The translations under genes were made by a program, and so were the position numbers. The notes below the pieces were generated by a model, which was given only the letters and a program-made list of their open reading frames with translations, had not been told where the DNA came from and searched no databases. 64,000 nt of DNA. It comes from Lama glama (Eukaryota). The DNA is taken from the NCBI GenBank assembly GCA_028534125.1, contig CM052817.1, positions 5,890,001 to 5,954,000 on the forward strand, read 5' to 3'. Positions 63,063 through 64,000 of the stretch are shown here, one piece after another (the first letter of the stretch is position 1; each line of letters begins with the position of its first letter).

Positions 63063-64000
63063 ATTTATTTTTTCATTTTTATTGAAGTATAGTCTGTGTA
63101 CAATGTTGTGTCAATTTCTGGTGCTTCAGTCATACGTGAACGTACATAAATTTGTTTTCATATTCTTTTTCACCATAGGTTACTACAAGATACTGAATAT
63201 AGTTCTCTGTGCTATACAGTATGAACTAGTTGTTTATCTATTTTATATGTGTTAGTATCTACAAATCTGAAACTCCCAATTTATCCCTTCCTACCCTATT
63301 CCTCACCCCAGTAACCACAAGTTTGTTTTCTGTCTGTAAGTCTGTTTCTGTTTTGTAAATAAGTTTGTTTGTTTGTTTGTTTGTTTTAAGATTCCACATA
63401 TATGTGATATCATATGGTATTTTACTGGTTTGATGGTTTTCTTTTGTATTAGCTTGGTTTCATTGTGGTTTTTGTGACTCTATTGTATACTTTTGATTTG
63501 TGGTTACCTTGTTTTTCAAGTATGTTAATCCCTTACTATATCTGTTTGCTTTAGACTGGTAGTGATGTAGGCTCAAACACATCCTAAAAAGAATGAAGGA
63601 AAAAAGTGAGAGAAAAAAAATCCATATTTTGTTGCTCCCCTTTCCCACCTTTGAGGATTTTGATTTACTTTTTTTTCTAAACATCTTTATGTTTATTCTC
63701 TTGCAACTCATTGCAGTTATTACATTTCCAATTATGATTTTCTCACTTCAATGGCTTCCTGCTTTTCTATTTAGAGTAGACCTTTCAACATTTCGTTTAG
63801 CATAGGTTTAGTATTGCTGAACTCTTCTAGTTTTTGCTTGTCTGTGAAATTCTTTATCTCTCCTTCTACTCTGAAGGATAGTCTTGCTGGATAGAGAATC
63901 CTAGTTTGCAGCTTTTTCTCATTCATGACTTTGAATATGTCTTGCCAATCCCTCTGGCCTGCAATGTTTGTGTAGAAAAATCAGCTGAAAGCCTTATGGG
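63063..64000 (-). mobile_element. L1: 3' UTR joined to the inter-ORF and ORF1 C-terminal region
   Basis: ttttattgaagtatag...caatgttgtgtcaatttctggtg is an L1 3' end; minus-strand PIRLSADFSTQTLQAR and ILYPARLSFRVEGEIKNFTDKQKLEEF match L1 ORF1. Confidence 0.9.

Overview
Mammalian genomic DNA, probably a cetartiodactyl; the L1 3' ends and the lack of recognisable young SINEs suggest a camelid, which is inference. Positions ~4.0-21.7 kb hold the 5' part of WDR1 (actin-interacting protein 1) on the minus strand: a CpG-island promoter and coding exons 1-5 (16+122+91+148+181 nt = 186 codons, all GT-AG). The remaining exons lie off the left edge. The ~42 kb upstream is intergenic and rich in transposable elements: MaLR/ERVL LTRs, two solo LTRs with target-site duplications (TSDs), a near full-length Tigger1 containing a 128-N gap, L1 fragments, an ERVL RNase H remnant, an ERV1 integrase/env remnant and several local duplications. 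The most unusual signal is a heavily decayed minus-strand retroelement at ~53.3-59.1 kb. Its motif order reads tether/RH, second RNase H, integrase, then an envelope-like region with F-protein-like features, an architecture like Gypsy-related/lokiretrovirus elements and NYNRIN rather than an ordinary mammalian ERV. All repeat family names and protein similarities were recognised by eye, without database searches.
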